Assembly: GCF_964355755.1 (NCBI RefSeq)
Contig: NC_092672.1
Location: forward strand, 22,395,237-22,459,236
Direction: 5' to 3'
From: Antedon mediterranea
Taxonomy: Eukaryota; Animalia; Echinodermata
DNA: 64,000 nucleotides
In this document: positions 51,854 through 64,000 of the stretch, one piece after another
Numbering within the stretch: position 1 is the stretch's first letter
Layout of the letters: the number at the start of each line of letters is the position of its first letter
Translations under genes and position numbers: made by a program
Notes under the pieces: generated by a model
What the model was told of the DNA's origin: nothing
Database searches by the model: none
Seen by the model: only the letters and a program-made list of their open reading frames with translations

Positions 51854-54005
51854 GAACGGAATGGAAGTGGTGCTACCCAGTTGCCTGTAACGCCTTTTAC
51901 AAACCCAGATTCCATTATCTTCAAGAACTGCCTATCTTCCGTAGAGTTACCAATCTTATTGTCGTGATTTGACAAGTTGAAGACGTCACACCCTACATGG
52001 TCTGAATATACGGGTGGATGATGAGAAATTCCGAAGAGGTTGGTACAAGGGTTGAAACATGAAGGTCGTCCAGTATGCATGGTGTGGGTGTGGAACGTGT
52101 TAATGTTGGTGCTATGATGTGATTTCCCTACGCAGATTTCTCCCATTACCACCCATCCGAGGTCCAATCGCTGGCCCCACGGAGCAGCATTTCGGCCGTT
52201 ACGCACTTCACGCACTTTATGAACTTGCGGTATGTCACGTCCCAGGAGGATTAATATGTCTGCGTCAGGGTCGAGATTTGGGATTTCCTTAGCAATGGAC
52301 TTCAAATGCGGATGACATTCAGCTACCTCTGGAGTAGGTATCTCCGTCTTACAATCAGGAATGGCGTTCCATTCGATTAACGGCGGAGCAGGTATACATA
52401 CACCACTATTCGATTCGATGACGAGTCCAGTGAGACGACGACCAGATGTGCTTGTAACGCCCGAACAAGTCTTAAGTGTGTATGGAACTGGCGCTCCTTC
52501 GATCTTCATCAAGTCGAACAGCTTATACCTAGCGAGTGGCCTGTTTCTGCTCGTCCAAGACAATATAAGTGGTAATAGCCATCTCAGGCATGCCTTTCAA
52601 ATACACACGATCCAAACATATCTTGGAACAGGACCTTGCTGTCGGCACGTTGTGGCATATCTCGGTGCACTTATTAGCGAAAACGTTGCCTTGGGCGCCT
52701 TTATCATCAGTAGGAACATTGACTTGCTCCCCGCTTTGCTGGCTGGTTTCTGTATTCGGCTTATCTGCATGCAGGGCGTCCAGGTGCCGTTTGCTACCAC
52801 ACAATAAACATTCGATGTCGGCTTTACACTGCCTAGCTACGTGTGAAGTCGATGCGATGCACCGGAAGCAATACCTCAGTAGTGCTCGTTTCGCATCGGT
52901 AGACATCTTGAGGAATGCTCTACAATCACGCAACAGATGATGAGGAGTCTTGTGAATGGGACACTTCGTCTCGACATCGACGTCGGTATCGTTGGTTTTG
53001 TCAAGACCTGTCAACTTAGCCAGGATATTAGCATGGTAGGTAGCTTTGGGCGTAGTCGATATTTTCGGGTTACTCTATTTCCCCTGTTCCACGGCGTGGG
53101 AGAGCATCAGGCTCCTGTTGTTTTGTTCTTTAGCCACTTTTGTAACAAACTTGGAGAAAAATGAAAATGGTGGGAATTTACCATCCGAGTCTTGCTTTTA
53201 ACGGAAGGCTCGAGAACGCCATTTCTCCTGAAGATCTCGTGACATCTTTGACACCAGAGGATTGACGCCTAGAAATGTATCTAAATAGTCAAATCCGGGA
53301 AGACCAACAGACAATCCCTTAGCTGGGTTGGAAATGTGGACGGCCCTTGCACTTCGTACGATCTCGGTAGATTCAGGTCCAGTATACTTTAGAATCAGGT
53401 CAATCTGTTCCGATGGCGTCGCAGGAGGAATATCCTGGATTGCGTTCTGGAACGATAACTTCCATGCCCAGAAACTTTCAGGTTGGTCGTCGAAGTTTGG
53501 TATACAAGCCGTGACGAGATCCCGACGAGCGTATATACGCATCATGCCTTGAAGAAAGTCAGAAACGTCCCCCTTTGATAAGTCAAGTTTGGTTTCTCCC
53601 ATAACTGCTTTTGGCTCTGCCATCTTAGGTGTCGAATGAGTCGGTTTGGTCTGGCTAGGAAGGCTTTCTAAGTATTGTTCTACGAGACGGTTACGCTCAA
53701 CTGCAGGAACACCATCCAAGGAATCGTCACTGAAGTCATCCACATTGAGTTCGAGAAGCTCTTGGTCAAGCACATTTGACCTAGCCTCTGCAGCTGCAGC
53801 AGCCTTTTCATCCAGCAACGATTGGTATGCCGCCTTGGCCTTCGCTGCTTCTACTTGGACTTTGCTTTTTTGTTTTGTATAGTTTAGGCGTGCCTTCGTC
53901 TGCCCGAGCCTCTGCGGCTGTCAATGCGAGCTGCGAATACACGGATGAGCGTCGTGAACTTGCTCTACTGCTTTGTTTCGAAGACATCTCCACTGAGGTT
54001 CTCAT
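51854..54005 (-). pseudogene. BEL/Pao gag-protease region, frameshifted
   Basis: Ser/Arg-rich N-terminus, CPIHKTPH and CFRC..H..C..C..C..H knuckles, IVLDEQ protease motif and LLGRD..LGWVV, spread over several frames. Confidence 0.88.
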
Positions 54006-54029
54006 GCGATGTACAAATAGTTGTTTTAC

Positions 54030-54485
54030 TGTTCTGGCCTCACGGATACCGGCTGCCCGCTATCCAGACAGATAACCACACCGGTTACAATACAACACAA
54101 ACACAGCACTTTGGATCCGTAAAATTTAATATGTAAAGCGGTTATATGGTAACTGAAACAATAACAATAACAAATAAATAATAGAGCACGGGAGCCAAGC
54201 CCATCGGGCACACAATGCGCAATGTGAAGTGTTACCTACAAACAGTATCACACCAGCCAATGCCGGCGAGAAAGCTATCATAAATAATAGGCCTATATGT
54301 ACTAAGATAACAACGTACAGTAGTAATCTATCAAGATCAATTTTAGGTTAAGTTAAGTCGGTATATCGTAATACATTATTATAAACTTAGCTACTTACAA
54401 CAACTGTAAATGCACCAGCATCGCACGATACAATCCCTTGCATGATATGACAAATGTATAGCGGCAGGTGAGCTAAGCCGGCACA
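54030..54485 (-). repeat. 5' LTR of BEL/Pao element
   Basis: TG...CA termini, 456 bp, matches 43440-43957 apart from three indels. Confidence 0.92.
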
Positions 54486-56964
54486 GACAGATTATCAATT
54501 CTTACTTTATAGCATTCATTCAAGTATAAGCAATAATGTCAACAGTATACTATTTGAAAATCACAATATAAAAAGATCAACTTTAATGATTTTGTAAAGC
54601 TTAATATTTGTTAATTCAGTTATGTTCATTCTTTTAAATTCAAACTTTTATTTATCCACAAAATATCAAAGATTAAAAATAAACTTATTTCAAAAATAAG
54701 AAAAAATTTTAAAACAGTGATCGTGCCTTTAGTTGCATGGTCATTGACACTATTTTAACTAAAATAACTAACTTAAGTTTAGTTAGCAAATTTCAATGGA
54801 TGAACTAAAACACCTAATAAAAAAGAGGCTACGAGGATGCTTGTTTTTCTTGTCTTACCATTATTGAATAAATGTTATTGAATTGAATTCACAGCCTACA
54901 CATACTATAATATAAAAAGCATGATGTTTTAATTAAGTTTAACTGAAAATGAAAAACTAAAATGTGTATTCCCTTTGCGTACTGATCAGCCATTTTTTTT
55001 ATTGTTGCAAGGTTTCAAAATGATGCAATGAACTTCACTCCGTCCATTGGATTGAATGTTAAATCAACCAAATATAAGTCCCGATAATGAACAGAACAGA
55101 GTATGCTCAGTATAATGTGCATAAGCATGCGCAGATTAATATGTTGTGTAGATTACCGTATTTATTCTTTATATCAAACCAACAGTGTAAAACACCAATA
55201 ACAGGTTGAAAATAAAAACTAAACTATAAAATATGAGCCAATATAAATATATACAAATGAAAAAGAAAATTTAAATAATTTCATTAATAATACATTTAAA
55301 AAATTACAGTAAAAAATATCCTTTCATTTACCGTCCCCCTTCGTCTACCGTCCTGTCATAAAGTCGCTAGTAGGTTTTATTGTAAATTAACAGCACACTA
55401 CGTGCAACAGCTAATACTAAATATAGTAGTACTAATTATTGTCAGTATTTTCATTTCTATTGTAAATGTATAGTCAACAGATACCTCTTAGAATCAGGCT
55501 TCTGAGTCATGTCCGGCATACATTCTACTCATTCACTCTTTACAAAAAATTTGGGATTTTTAAAATGTCTTTCTTTCCATCATATATATTCATTTATGAC
55601 TGATAATTTTATACTTATAGTTTCATTCTACTGTAAAACAATACTACTCTCTTTGTCATTACATTCAGCCTCTTACATTAACAATAACATTCAAATTAAT
55701 TCAGAATAAATACATTTGAATGATGAAGCCTAAAAAAAACCAGAATAACTAAAATACAAATAAATTGGTATATTTCCTGTCTATACTATTGTACCTTATA
55801 ACACAAGAATCTCCTGTTCGTCCGAAGCGCGTAACAATTTCGAAAGGCATTGTGGGATAGAATTGAGCTAATGGGTGGCGCCATTGTGAGCCATAGAGTA
55901 GCGCGCCCTCATCAAAATAGAAAGTCAAAATCATAGAAGGGATCTGCTAATACTATAGTGGGGGATAGAGTAATTGACTGAGCCCTCTATAGGAATTAAT
56001 AGTTTTGACTTCCTAGTTTGGAGGGGGCGCTGCTCCATGCTGTGAAATGGCGTCACCCAGTTTGACCTTTTAACACTGTACTTTCGATACTGTGTTTTAA
56101 ATGCAAATTGAAGAACAGGAGATTCTTGTGTTATCAGTTCTTTGCTATGATGTAGATGATGATACATAAAACTGTTATAAAGCCTATGAAACATACAGTA
56201 GTAAGTCAACTAGAAATAAAACTTGGTTTACTAAAGCTTTGGTTGTCAACACAATGTAGGCGCTACACAAGTGAGTTGACCAATAACAAGCAACAGTTTG
56301 GATAATCCATCACATTGTGTTTGGTCAATTTGCTTGATTTAATTTACAAAAAAATTGGATAGACTACAGACAAATGGACAGACTAAATGTTGGGACAAAC
56401 AAACTTATTACATGCAATTATTACTCAGTAATCACCTCTCTAGTCACATGGGTACTCTTTTAAATAGTTATTGATTACAGTGCCTTAAAATATTCTTTAA
56501 ATAATAATTGTGTAAATGAATTTGACCAGGACCTTTACCATGCCAATCCATATCAATACTTTGAGTTACAATTGTAGGCAATATATTGATATTCATTTGT
56601 AGCTATACACTAGGCTTCATTATCTTAAGATTATTAGAGTATGCGTAACAGCAGTTGATCATACGCACTGTTTATATTTTGTGTGGTGAAACGAGTACAG
56701 GGGTAGGCCTATAGCTACAGCAGTATGATCATAATCACTGTTTATATTGTATGTGGTGTAGTAGGTACAGGGGTAGTCCTATGCTACAGCAGTATGATCA
56801 TAATCACTATAGGGCTGGAAGTCATTCAATATAGGGTTGTAATTGTATTAAACTACTGTGGAGTAGGGAATAGGGAAAAACATCTGACCAATTACTCAAC
56901 TCCCTGACGCAAAACTACTCCACAGTAGTTTAATTACGCTGCGTACTTGGGCTCGAATCTAACC

Positions 56965-57050
56965 ACTAGCCATCCGAGCAAGTGGTCAGACGTATAAACG
57001 GCAGGCTAGTGATTTGGAGGTCATGGGTTCGACTCCCACCCAAGAACTAC
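56965..57050 (+). repeat. tRNA-derived (SINE-head-like) sequence
   Basis: A-box-like AGTGG and B box GGTTCGACTCCC. No intact cloverleaf. Confidence 0.4.
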
Positions 57051-57601
57051 TTGCAATTTTTTTCGCAAGTATTCTCAAATGTACTTAGTATGAAGTACAA
57101 ATGACGTCAGAGTAGGGCAAAACATCTGAACAATCATTCAAATATACCAAATTCTATATTGCGTGGTGTCTGGTACAGGGGTATGGCTACATCTGTATGG
57201 TCATACTCGCTTAGTGCTTAGTATGTGACCTGATTTTAGTGAAGGTGACAAAGTCACATTCCTCAAATATGTATCATGTTCAAAGATACTTTAAAACCAT
57301 ATAACTATAACATCTTTATTATTTTGTCTGTTTTTGTTATTGCATGCATCCATACATATGGGGAATAGAAAGTGACCGCAATTTGAGCGAGGCGCCTAGG
57401 GGTAATGAGGTATCAAACTGACTGATTGTACTGTGAAGTTTTAAACTATAATTGTAACAGGTATTCTGTACTTACTAGTATAAGATATGTTTTTATTCAA
57501 TTGTGATATTTTATGTAACGGTTGTCATTTTGTTTTTTGTTTTATTATGAACAAAAATGTGCATTTCTCTAACATATATTTATTTTTTAAATGTTAAATA
57601 G

Positions 57602-57700
57602 GATGGCGATACAGCATTGCATGTGGGTGCATTTAGTGGTCATGTCGATGTCTGCCAAATGTTGGTTGACATGGCAGCAGCAGTGGACCAACAAAATAAT
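57602..57700 (+). CDS. Ankyrin-repeat exon: DGDTALHVGAFSGHVDVCQMLVDMAAAVDQQNN
   Basis: AATAG acceptor, 99 bp, GTAAGT donor, phase 0-0, GDTALH..GH motif. Confidence 0.95.
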
Positions 57701-58494
57701 GTAAGTCATAAATTAATTTTGTATTCAGAACCATTCATGTTCAGAATCCTAAATTGTATTCTTAATTTTGTTTAAAATGCTTGTTCCTCAAACAGAATAG
57801 CACAAAATGCAACCTAAGAATATAATTATTTTAATATGGTAGATGCTGCTTGTTAATACCTTCATATTTTTTCTTATTTGAAATTTTTATTAAATTGTCT
57901 AATTATTCAAAATCTTGAATTTAACAAATTTATACCATTAAGATAGTGCACACAAGTCAACATTAACAAAAAAAAATAAACAAGTTTAAAATGCTATTTT
58001 TGGGGCTATTAAAAAGCTGCAGTTAATCTAGCAATCATTTGGTGGATTACTGTAATTTAGTTATTAATTCTCTATTAAATAAATGTCATGAAAACTATAG
58101 CGTAGTGCTTGAAGTTGCTTGTTGGTATGACAACTACAACTAATGCAGATCCTGCATTGTATCTGTCTACCTATCATATATTATATAAATCCAAAGGAAA
58201 ATTACTGAAAAAAATGACAATGCTGTGTGTATCAGTGGCTGGATCTCAATGGAGATACAAAAATAAAAATCGAAAAGCTAAATCAAAACGATAAAGTAAA
58301 CAGCCAGAAAAGTTAGCAGAGCTTTTGGGCAACACTAGCCCTTCATCATATATTATATATATATATATGAGAATTTTATATAAATCATACTGTAAATTAT
58401 AGAAACAGTGCTCATATTCGGAGCATGATCTCATAATCGCGTCGAGCATAGCTCATTCGCGAAAGTTCCATACTTTTTAGTTGTATGAAATAAT

Positions 58495-58565
58495 GTCTCT
58501 GGCGAGATTCGAACATGCAACCTCTCGCTTACAGGGCGAGTATCATACCACTAGACCACAGAGCC
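58495..58565 (-). pseudogene. tRNA-like pseudogene or SINE head (Pro-like body, TGT at the anticodon position)
   Basis: Reverse complement GGCTCTGTGGTCTAGTGGTATGATACTCGCCCTGTAAGCGAGAGGTTGCATGTTCGAATCTCGCCAGAGAC, with a mismatched T stem. Confidence 0.6.
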
Positions 58566-58646
58566 ATATATGGTATTTTCACAGATTTACACCCACCAGA
58601 TACATTCTCTCATACAACAAATGGTATGGACATGTTCATTATTTAA

Positions 58647-58945
58647 AGATGTATTGTCCCCCTGAAAAAAACTTTTTACATTTTTGTTGTTGATTATGCC
58701 ATTTTAATATCATAATAGTTATCCAAAACTTGGATTGGAAAAAAAATTATTTACCTGAAAAAACTGTAATTTAAAGCAAACAAGTCAATTTGGCTGCCAT
58801 ACCAATGGATTTTTGGTTTGGTGTCATTTTAGTGAAAACATTTTTTTTCTACGCAATTGATTAACTTGATAAAAACTACAAATAACCTATCAAAGACTGA
58901 TGTAATTAATCTTCATTTTTCATGTTTTTGGGGGACTATACATCT
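58647..58945. mobile_element. TTAA-site MITE (Kolobok/piggyBac-like)
   Basis: TTAA|AGATGTATTGTCCCCC ... GGGGGACTATACATCT|TTTAA. Confidence 0.65.
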
Positions 58946-58964
58946 TTTAAAAAACATAACCTAA

Positions 58965-59868
58965 TGTCCAGCCGTTCATCCGGTAAACTAAAATAAAAAC
59001 AAACAGAGAAACAATTGACACGGCGCCATGAAGCACGTCTCTAACGTATACTACGGCTTATCATACATAATTCGCCGTTAACATGGGCATACTATCATCA
59101 TTATGTCTATCAAACCTAAATAATTCATAAGTAAATAATAATATATAAGATTGTCTCCACACGGAGCATTAAAGGTGTACAACAACGTTAATACAACGTA
59201 TCGCCTATTGTGCACAGCTCTCATACCATGAACAGTGACTGCAACAAACCGTGACTAGCCTAATTTACATATCAAGGTATCAAGGTGCGATGTACATATA
59301 TAACATGGCTCCCTGCAAAGATAAATTATGAAACTGACAGTATCATCACTTTTCCTTTGCATACACAACAATAGTGGCTCCTTGACGGGGAATTGATTAC
59401 AATAATACTAAACTTTTGATTAACTTCTGTCATAAATATTGTAAATATTTTCGTAAAAGAAAACTTACTTCTTTCACTAATCATTTCTACTTTTAGTTTG
59501 ATTTATTTTCAAAGTGTTTTCATTTTTTTTTCTTTTTAGATATTATTTAATTACTTATGTCTGTTGGCATTAGCAGAACTAATTTATATATGGTATCTCC
59601 AATGTAGAAAGTGATTGACTTCTTTTTCCACGATTATCTAGGTTCCTGGATGCCATCGTTAGTTTCACTTTTCGTACAAGACCATCCTCACTTGTATATA
59701 CATCTGAGACTTTTCCAACACTCCCAAGAGTTGCAAGGTAGACTTTCATCTTTGACGATCTCAACGTCACCGACTTTCATGTTTCTTTTCTTATAACACC
59801 ATTTCCTTTTAGGTTGAAGTGTTTGCAGATATTTTTTCTTCCACCGATGCCAGAATTCGTTAGCCAGT
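58965..59868 (-). mobile_element. Second BEL/Pao remnant: integrase tail, 3' UTR and putative 3' LTR (~58965-59305)
   Basis: ANEFWHRWKKKYLQTLQPKRKW..VGDV and DGLVRKVKL. Purine tract GGGAGCCA directly precedes TGTTA on the - strand. Confidence 0.75.
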
Positions 59869-59949
59869 ATTTTTGTAAAAAATTAATAAAATATGCACTT
59901 AATGTTAATGTTCCTTTTACTCAAACCTTGTATTATTTTAGATAAATAC

Positions 59950-61400
59950 AGAATTTCATTTACAGTATTGTGGTACAAAACTATGGAACCAAGTCCTTCT
60001 GTTTCTGAATTATTTCTTGTAGATGTATTGTTAAAACTTTGATTAGTTTTATAAACTACATATTTTCACTTTCTGTCAATTATATAAGAAGGTATTTATT
60101 CTGTTACTGACATTCAATGATTGAGGTTTCTCCTTCATCTAATGTTCAAGCAGTATTGTTATAATTTTTTTTTATTGAGAATTGTCCTATAATTTCACAC
60201 ATAAATTAATTATTCCCTCAGATTTGGAATCAAAATAAAATGTACATTGACTTAGGAATGTATTTAATAATTGCCCAGATTCAATGCGCAACTATTAATT
60301 TAGATTGTATACTGGCTTTTTCTTTCATCCAAATGTACATTATGAAAAACATAAGCACTTATTTTGAGGACTTAACAATATTATCAAGTTAATTAAAGTT
60401 TAATACAATTTTTTCCGTATTGGTCAAATGAATACAAACAGAAAATATATTTAGGTTACATAATTTGTTTAAAAAATAGCATGAAAACATATAAAATAAA
60501 ATACATGAATAAAGGTAATAACCATACAGGAACTTAAAATAAATAAATAAAATCAACAGAAATATAGACAAAAGTGTATTATTTCATCGGAAAAGTAGTT
60601 GGACAGATAATGATTTTTCAAATATTATTTAAAAGTTTTTATAAGTAGAAACAATGGTTTAATCAAGACTATTCCACTTATATTTGGGTTAAAACATCAT
60701 TTTCTGTTTAAAATAATTGGCAAACTCTGCAATCCTCCAAATAACCTAGCAAACCTCATTTAACCAACATAAAAGTGATTGAATCATTAGTGAACAACTC
60801 ACTTGGTTTGTCAATTAAAAAATCATTTTTTTGTTATTAAAATAAAATAAAGTTGTATCATCTGCAAAAAAAAGGTTTTCTGGACGATTTACTAATTATT
60901 AATTTGAAATAATGATTTCGATCTGTAAAATAGCTTTTAAACCAATCTAAGAAAGGCCCCAAAATACCATAATGAAACAACTTGAAAATATCATGTTTTT
61001 GATAAATATAGAAAAGTACTTCATAAAATTAATTGTTTTCAAATGCAGTATTAACAGAATTAGTGAGTTCAAGAAAAGCATAACAAGTGGTATTGTACGC
61101 ATACATTTTTCTTTATTTTTTGAAAAAATGGGTAAAATTAAGATTGGTATAAAAGTATCCGTTTTTAAATACAGGATTTAAATTTAATATGATAAGGTAC
61201 AGAACCCATCATGAATGATTAATTAATGGCATATGTGAGATGTCTTAAAATAATGGAGCAACCTTTTTAGAACCATACTCTGAACCTTTACTAGAATCCA
61301 AATTATTAAAGGGGGATTCTGGGTTTAAAATTGCTTTTAAATATCGTTTATTTATTAAATAAAAAATATTATAACAATATAGACATGTCAGAATGAAGAA
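59950..61400 (-). mobile_element. Decayed CR1/L2-type LINE RT remnant
   Basis: Minus-strand fragments PVFKNG..PILILPIFSK (~61150), KLFHYGILGPFLDWFKS (~60960) and FADDTTLF (~60860). Boundaries are approximate. Confidence 0.65.
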
Positions 61401-62657
61401 GTAATAACCAGAAATAAAAAAAAATTTAATTTCATATACATTTTAGAGTAAATTCAAGGAAAGTCTGTTTTTCAGCAGCTTAGGGAAGCTCATTAATATT
61501 CATGAGATATTCATAAAATCACGACATCAGTGTATTCCAAACTCGCGACATCATGAACGTTGTGTTTGTCAACTAATTTACATTTCTCTCCCCTGTCAAA
61601 CGACGACCACCTGATCTTTGTGAAATACATTTTTTGTAGATTTTCTAAGCTAGGCCTAAAGTGTAATAATAGCAGTAGTAGCATATATTTATTTGACATT
61701 TAATGAAATACAAAATTTAGTATAGATCATGGAGTCACATATTATACTATACCTTTATAGTATAGTAGAGATCGTATTATCGGCTTCACGTACTAGTAGG
61801 CCAAGCCTAAATCATTTTTTTTTATGGGTGAGAGCCATTCTGAATAGGAGGGATTCCATGCAACGATGGCTACGGTAAAACATTGGGGCCTAGCTAGCCT
61901 ACTAGACGATTGGCCCATAAATATCAAAACTCAGTGGATTCCAAACCCATCCTATCAACCAAACTCCTAAACAATCTAAACCTAAAACGTTCTACAAAAT
62001 CGGCTGTAAATATTGAGGAAAAACAAGGTCCGATCGCCGTCCGCCGCATCTATGGTGTCCTGATCGTCTATAGTCTAAATAGGTAGATAGGCCTAGATAG
62101 TTTACTCTCCAAAAAAGGAGTAAGCGCAGGATTGGTTGTTTTTCTTTTTTCATAGCCAAACTATTAATACGTCTGTACTAAGAGAGTATTTAACTGTGTC
62201 ACTGACAGTTGAATTGTTTTTCGCCATGATACAACTAAACTGGAATGGAAACAACAAATCTAATAAATGCAAATTGTAGTGGAATAACGTTAAGAATGAT
62301 AACACTGTAATGTGTAGTAATAGTCATAAAAAATACTATACAACAAAGCATGAGATGCGATAACTAATAGCAAAAACAATAGCACGGTCTAATAAAAAAA
62401 AATCACTCTAGATGTCAACAAGCAAAATGACTAACCATGTAAATAATCTGGGTATTGACAAACTGCAAGCCATGGATTCATTGGAGTCAGTGGAGTCAGT
62501 GGAGTCCACGTGACCATGTTAATTGCAATTCAAGCGAGTCAGTACGAAGTGTAACTGCACTATTGTACCAAAAGTGCGAGGCACCATAAAATATATTAAA
62601 TAATTTAATTTAATCTAGTATGTTCATATGAAACATTAGAGAGGAGTAATTATAAAA

Positions 62658-64000
62658 CTAGACATGAAACTCGTCACTTTGACGAGTTAGTTATCCGCAC
62701 GACAAACACCACGTGCACGTCATACGTTGGGATATTGCACACAGAAAAAGATTATGGCATTATGACCTGAACTGAAGAATATGATATGTTGTTATTGCTG
62801 AATTCTGTTATTTTGTGTCATATAGTATACACAGTATAATCTGTATACATGTCACAAACAGTGTAAAATAGGTGAAATTACGGGACCCGTATTTTATTTT
62901 AATTTTTAACATGTTGACGGTTTCAAAAGGAAACGCGAAGGTAGTAATTTCGGAAGAAAATTATCTCAGCAACAACATATTAATGTTTAGAAGAAATTTA
63001 AATACGTGAAATATTAATGCGCGCTCTTTTAAATATAATGAACTATGACGCAAAAGATGAAAATATGACTTTGTTTATTTAACTGGCCATATGATGACGT
63101 CACAACATCTGATTGGCAAAAAGTTCACATGATTTCGTATCTACAATCCCATAGCTTCCTGAAAACGTTTTAATCGTGATTATCACATTTTATTCTTACG
63201 AGCTATAACAGATTAAAATTTACTGTAAAGATGAAATTATTGACGCTGTTAATTAAAATTTTTAGGCATGATGACGTCATAAAAATTAAAATATTTTTAA
63301 CTCATGCGTAAGATAGTTGATTGAGCTAGATAATATTAAAATTTCGGAGAAAAAGGAATACAGATAGGCGTGATGCGCTCCATTGAATATGATGAGCAAT
63401 AACGAAAGAGACAAAAATCCTAGATTTTACATTCGTGTGGCCATACGATGACGTCACAATGTCCGGTTATCCATATTGATTCATGATTCTCATCCTCATC
63501 AACTTCCAGAATATGTAATTAAAAAAAAGTTCACCACGTTGTTTAGAATCTATGACTGTTTAAAAAAAGGCATAATGTTGACAAATTTTTTAACTTTTTC
63601 ATCAAAAACGCACGTAAAGTATCCAATTCAACGTGCCCGTATGACGTAATTGTAAGTCGAAATTGTTTTAAAATTGGTAAAATTACTTTAAAAGGCTGGA
63701 AAAACATAATTCAATAAAAAAAAAACTTTTAGCGCTACGTGCGCACCACGCGCATAAAATTGTTCGCGCACGTGGGAAATTTTGACATGCTCAAAATATC
63801 ATGATCAGCGTAGAAAGTTGATTAAAAATTAATTTTGCGCTTTTTGAATTTTAAATGCGTGTGCGGGGCGTAACTTTGTCTAAAACACGCAATTTTTTTT
63901 CCACAGAAAGTTAGCGCATGATATAAATCAAACTTTTGCTAAGTTTCAATTTAAATTGTTATATGGTTTTAAATCTATGTTAAATACGCGAAATTCATAA
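62658..64000 (-). mobile_element. Helitron-like non-autonomous element (continues beyond window)
   Basis: Minus-strand end is hairpin ACTCGTCAAAGTGACGAGT + TTCATGT + CTAG|T. Internal ~357-bp units. Related to 1-1149. Confidence 0.6.

Larger units (their letters stand above)
43423..54485 (-). mobile_element. BEL/Pao LTR retrotransposon, two LTRs, inactivated, with two nested retroposon insertions
   Basis: Paired LTRs. Order gag (CX2CX4HX4C knuckles)-PR-RT (WYLPHFGV..KIRVVFD, MADIEQMF, HIFGN)-RNaseH (LHTFVDAS, VPRLEL)-integrase (HHCC, GLDVFGP, SDCGTNF, GGTLER). PPT next to the 3' LTR. Imperfect TSD TACAG/GACAG. Confidence 0.95.

Noticed and set aside
56100-56210. Additional ankyrin exon at donor-like GTAAGTCAAC (56201)
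   Set aside because: The preceding 99 bp show no ankyrin pattern or suitable acceptor.

Overview
This is AT-rich, intron-rich animal (metazoan) genomic DNA, not prokaryotic; the taxon cannot be fixed from the sequence alone. The ORF track misses the host gene: a + strand ankyrin-repeat gene. It has four 99-bp phase-0 exons, each one 33-aa ankyrin repeat (11056, 14859, 32009, 57602), plus a probable 81-bp upstream exon (4967), spread over about 53 kb. The introns are filled with transposable elements. These include a decayed Rex1/Babar LINE, an Academ element (TIRs, TAA TSD) with nested inserts, a Sola2-like DDD transposon, and a two-LTR BEL/Pao element carrying an apparently intact CR1-group LINE and a 54-bp retroposed micro-insert. 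Smaller items include a second BEL remnant, Helitron-like and Helentron/HINE-like non-autonomous elements (one with three tRNA-Val-like copies), Penelope-type repeats with minimal hammerhead ribozyme motifs, MITEs and minisatellites. The most interesting signal is the one-repeat-per-exon ankyrin array, in which at least two exons were duplicated together with about 0.5 kb of flanking intron. Family assignments come from recognised motifs, not database searches, and the ends of decayed elements are approximate.
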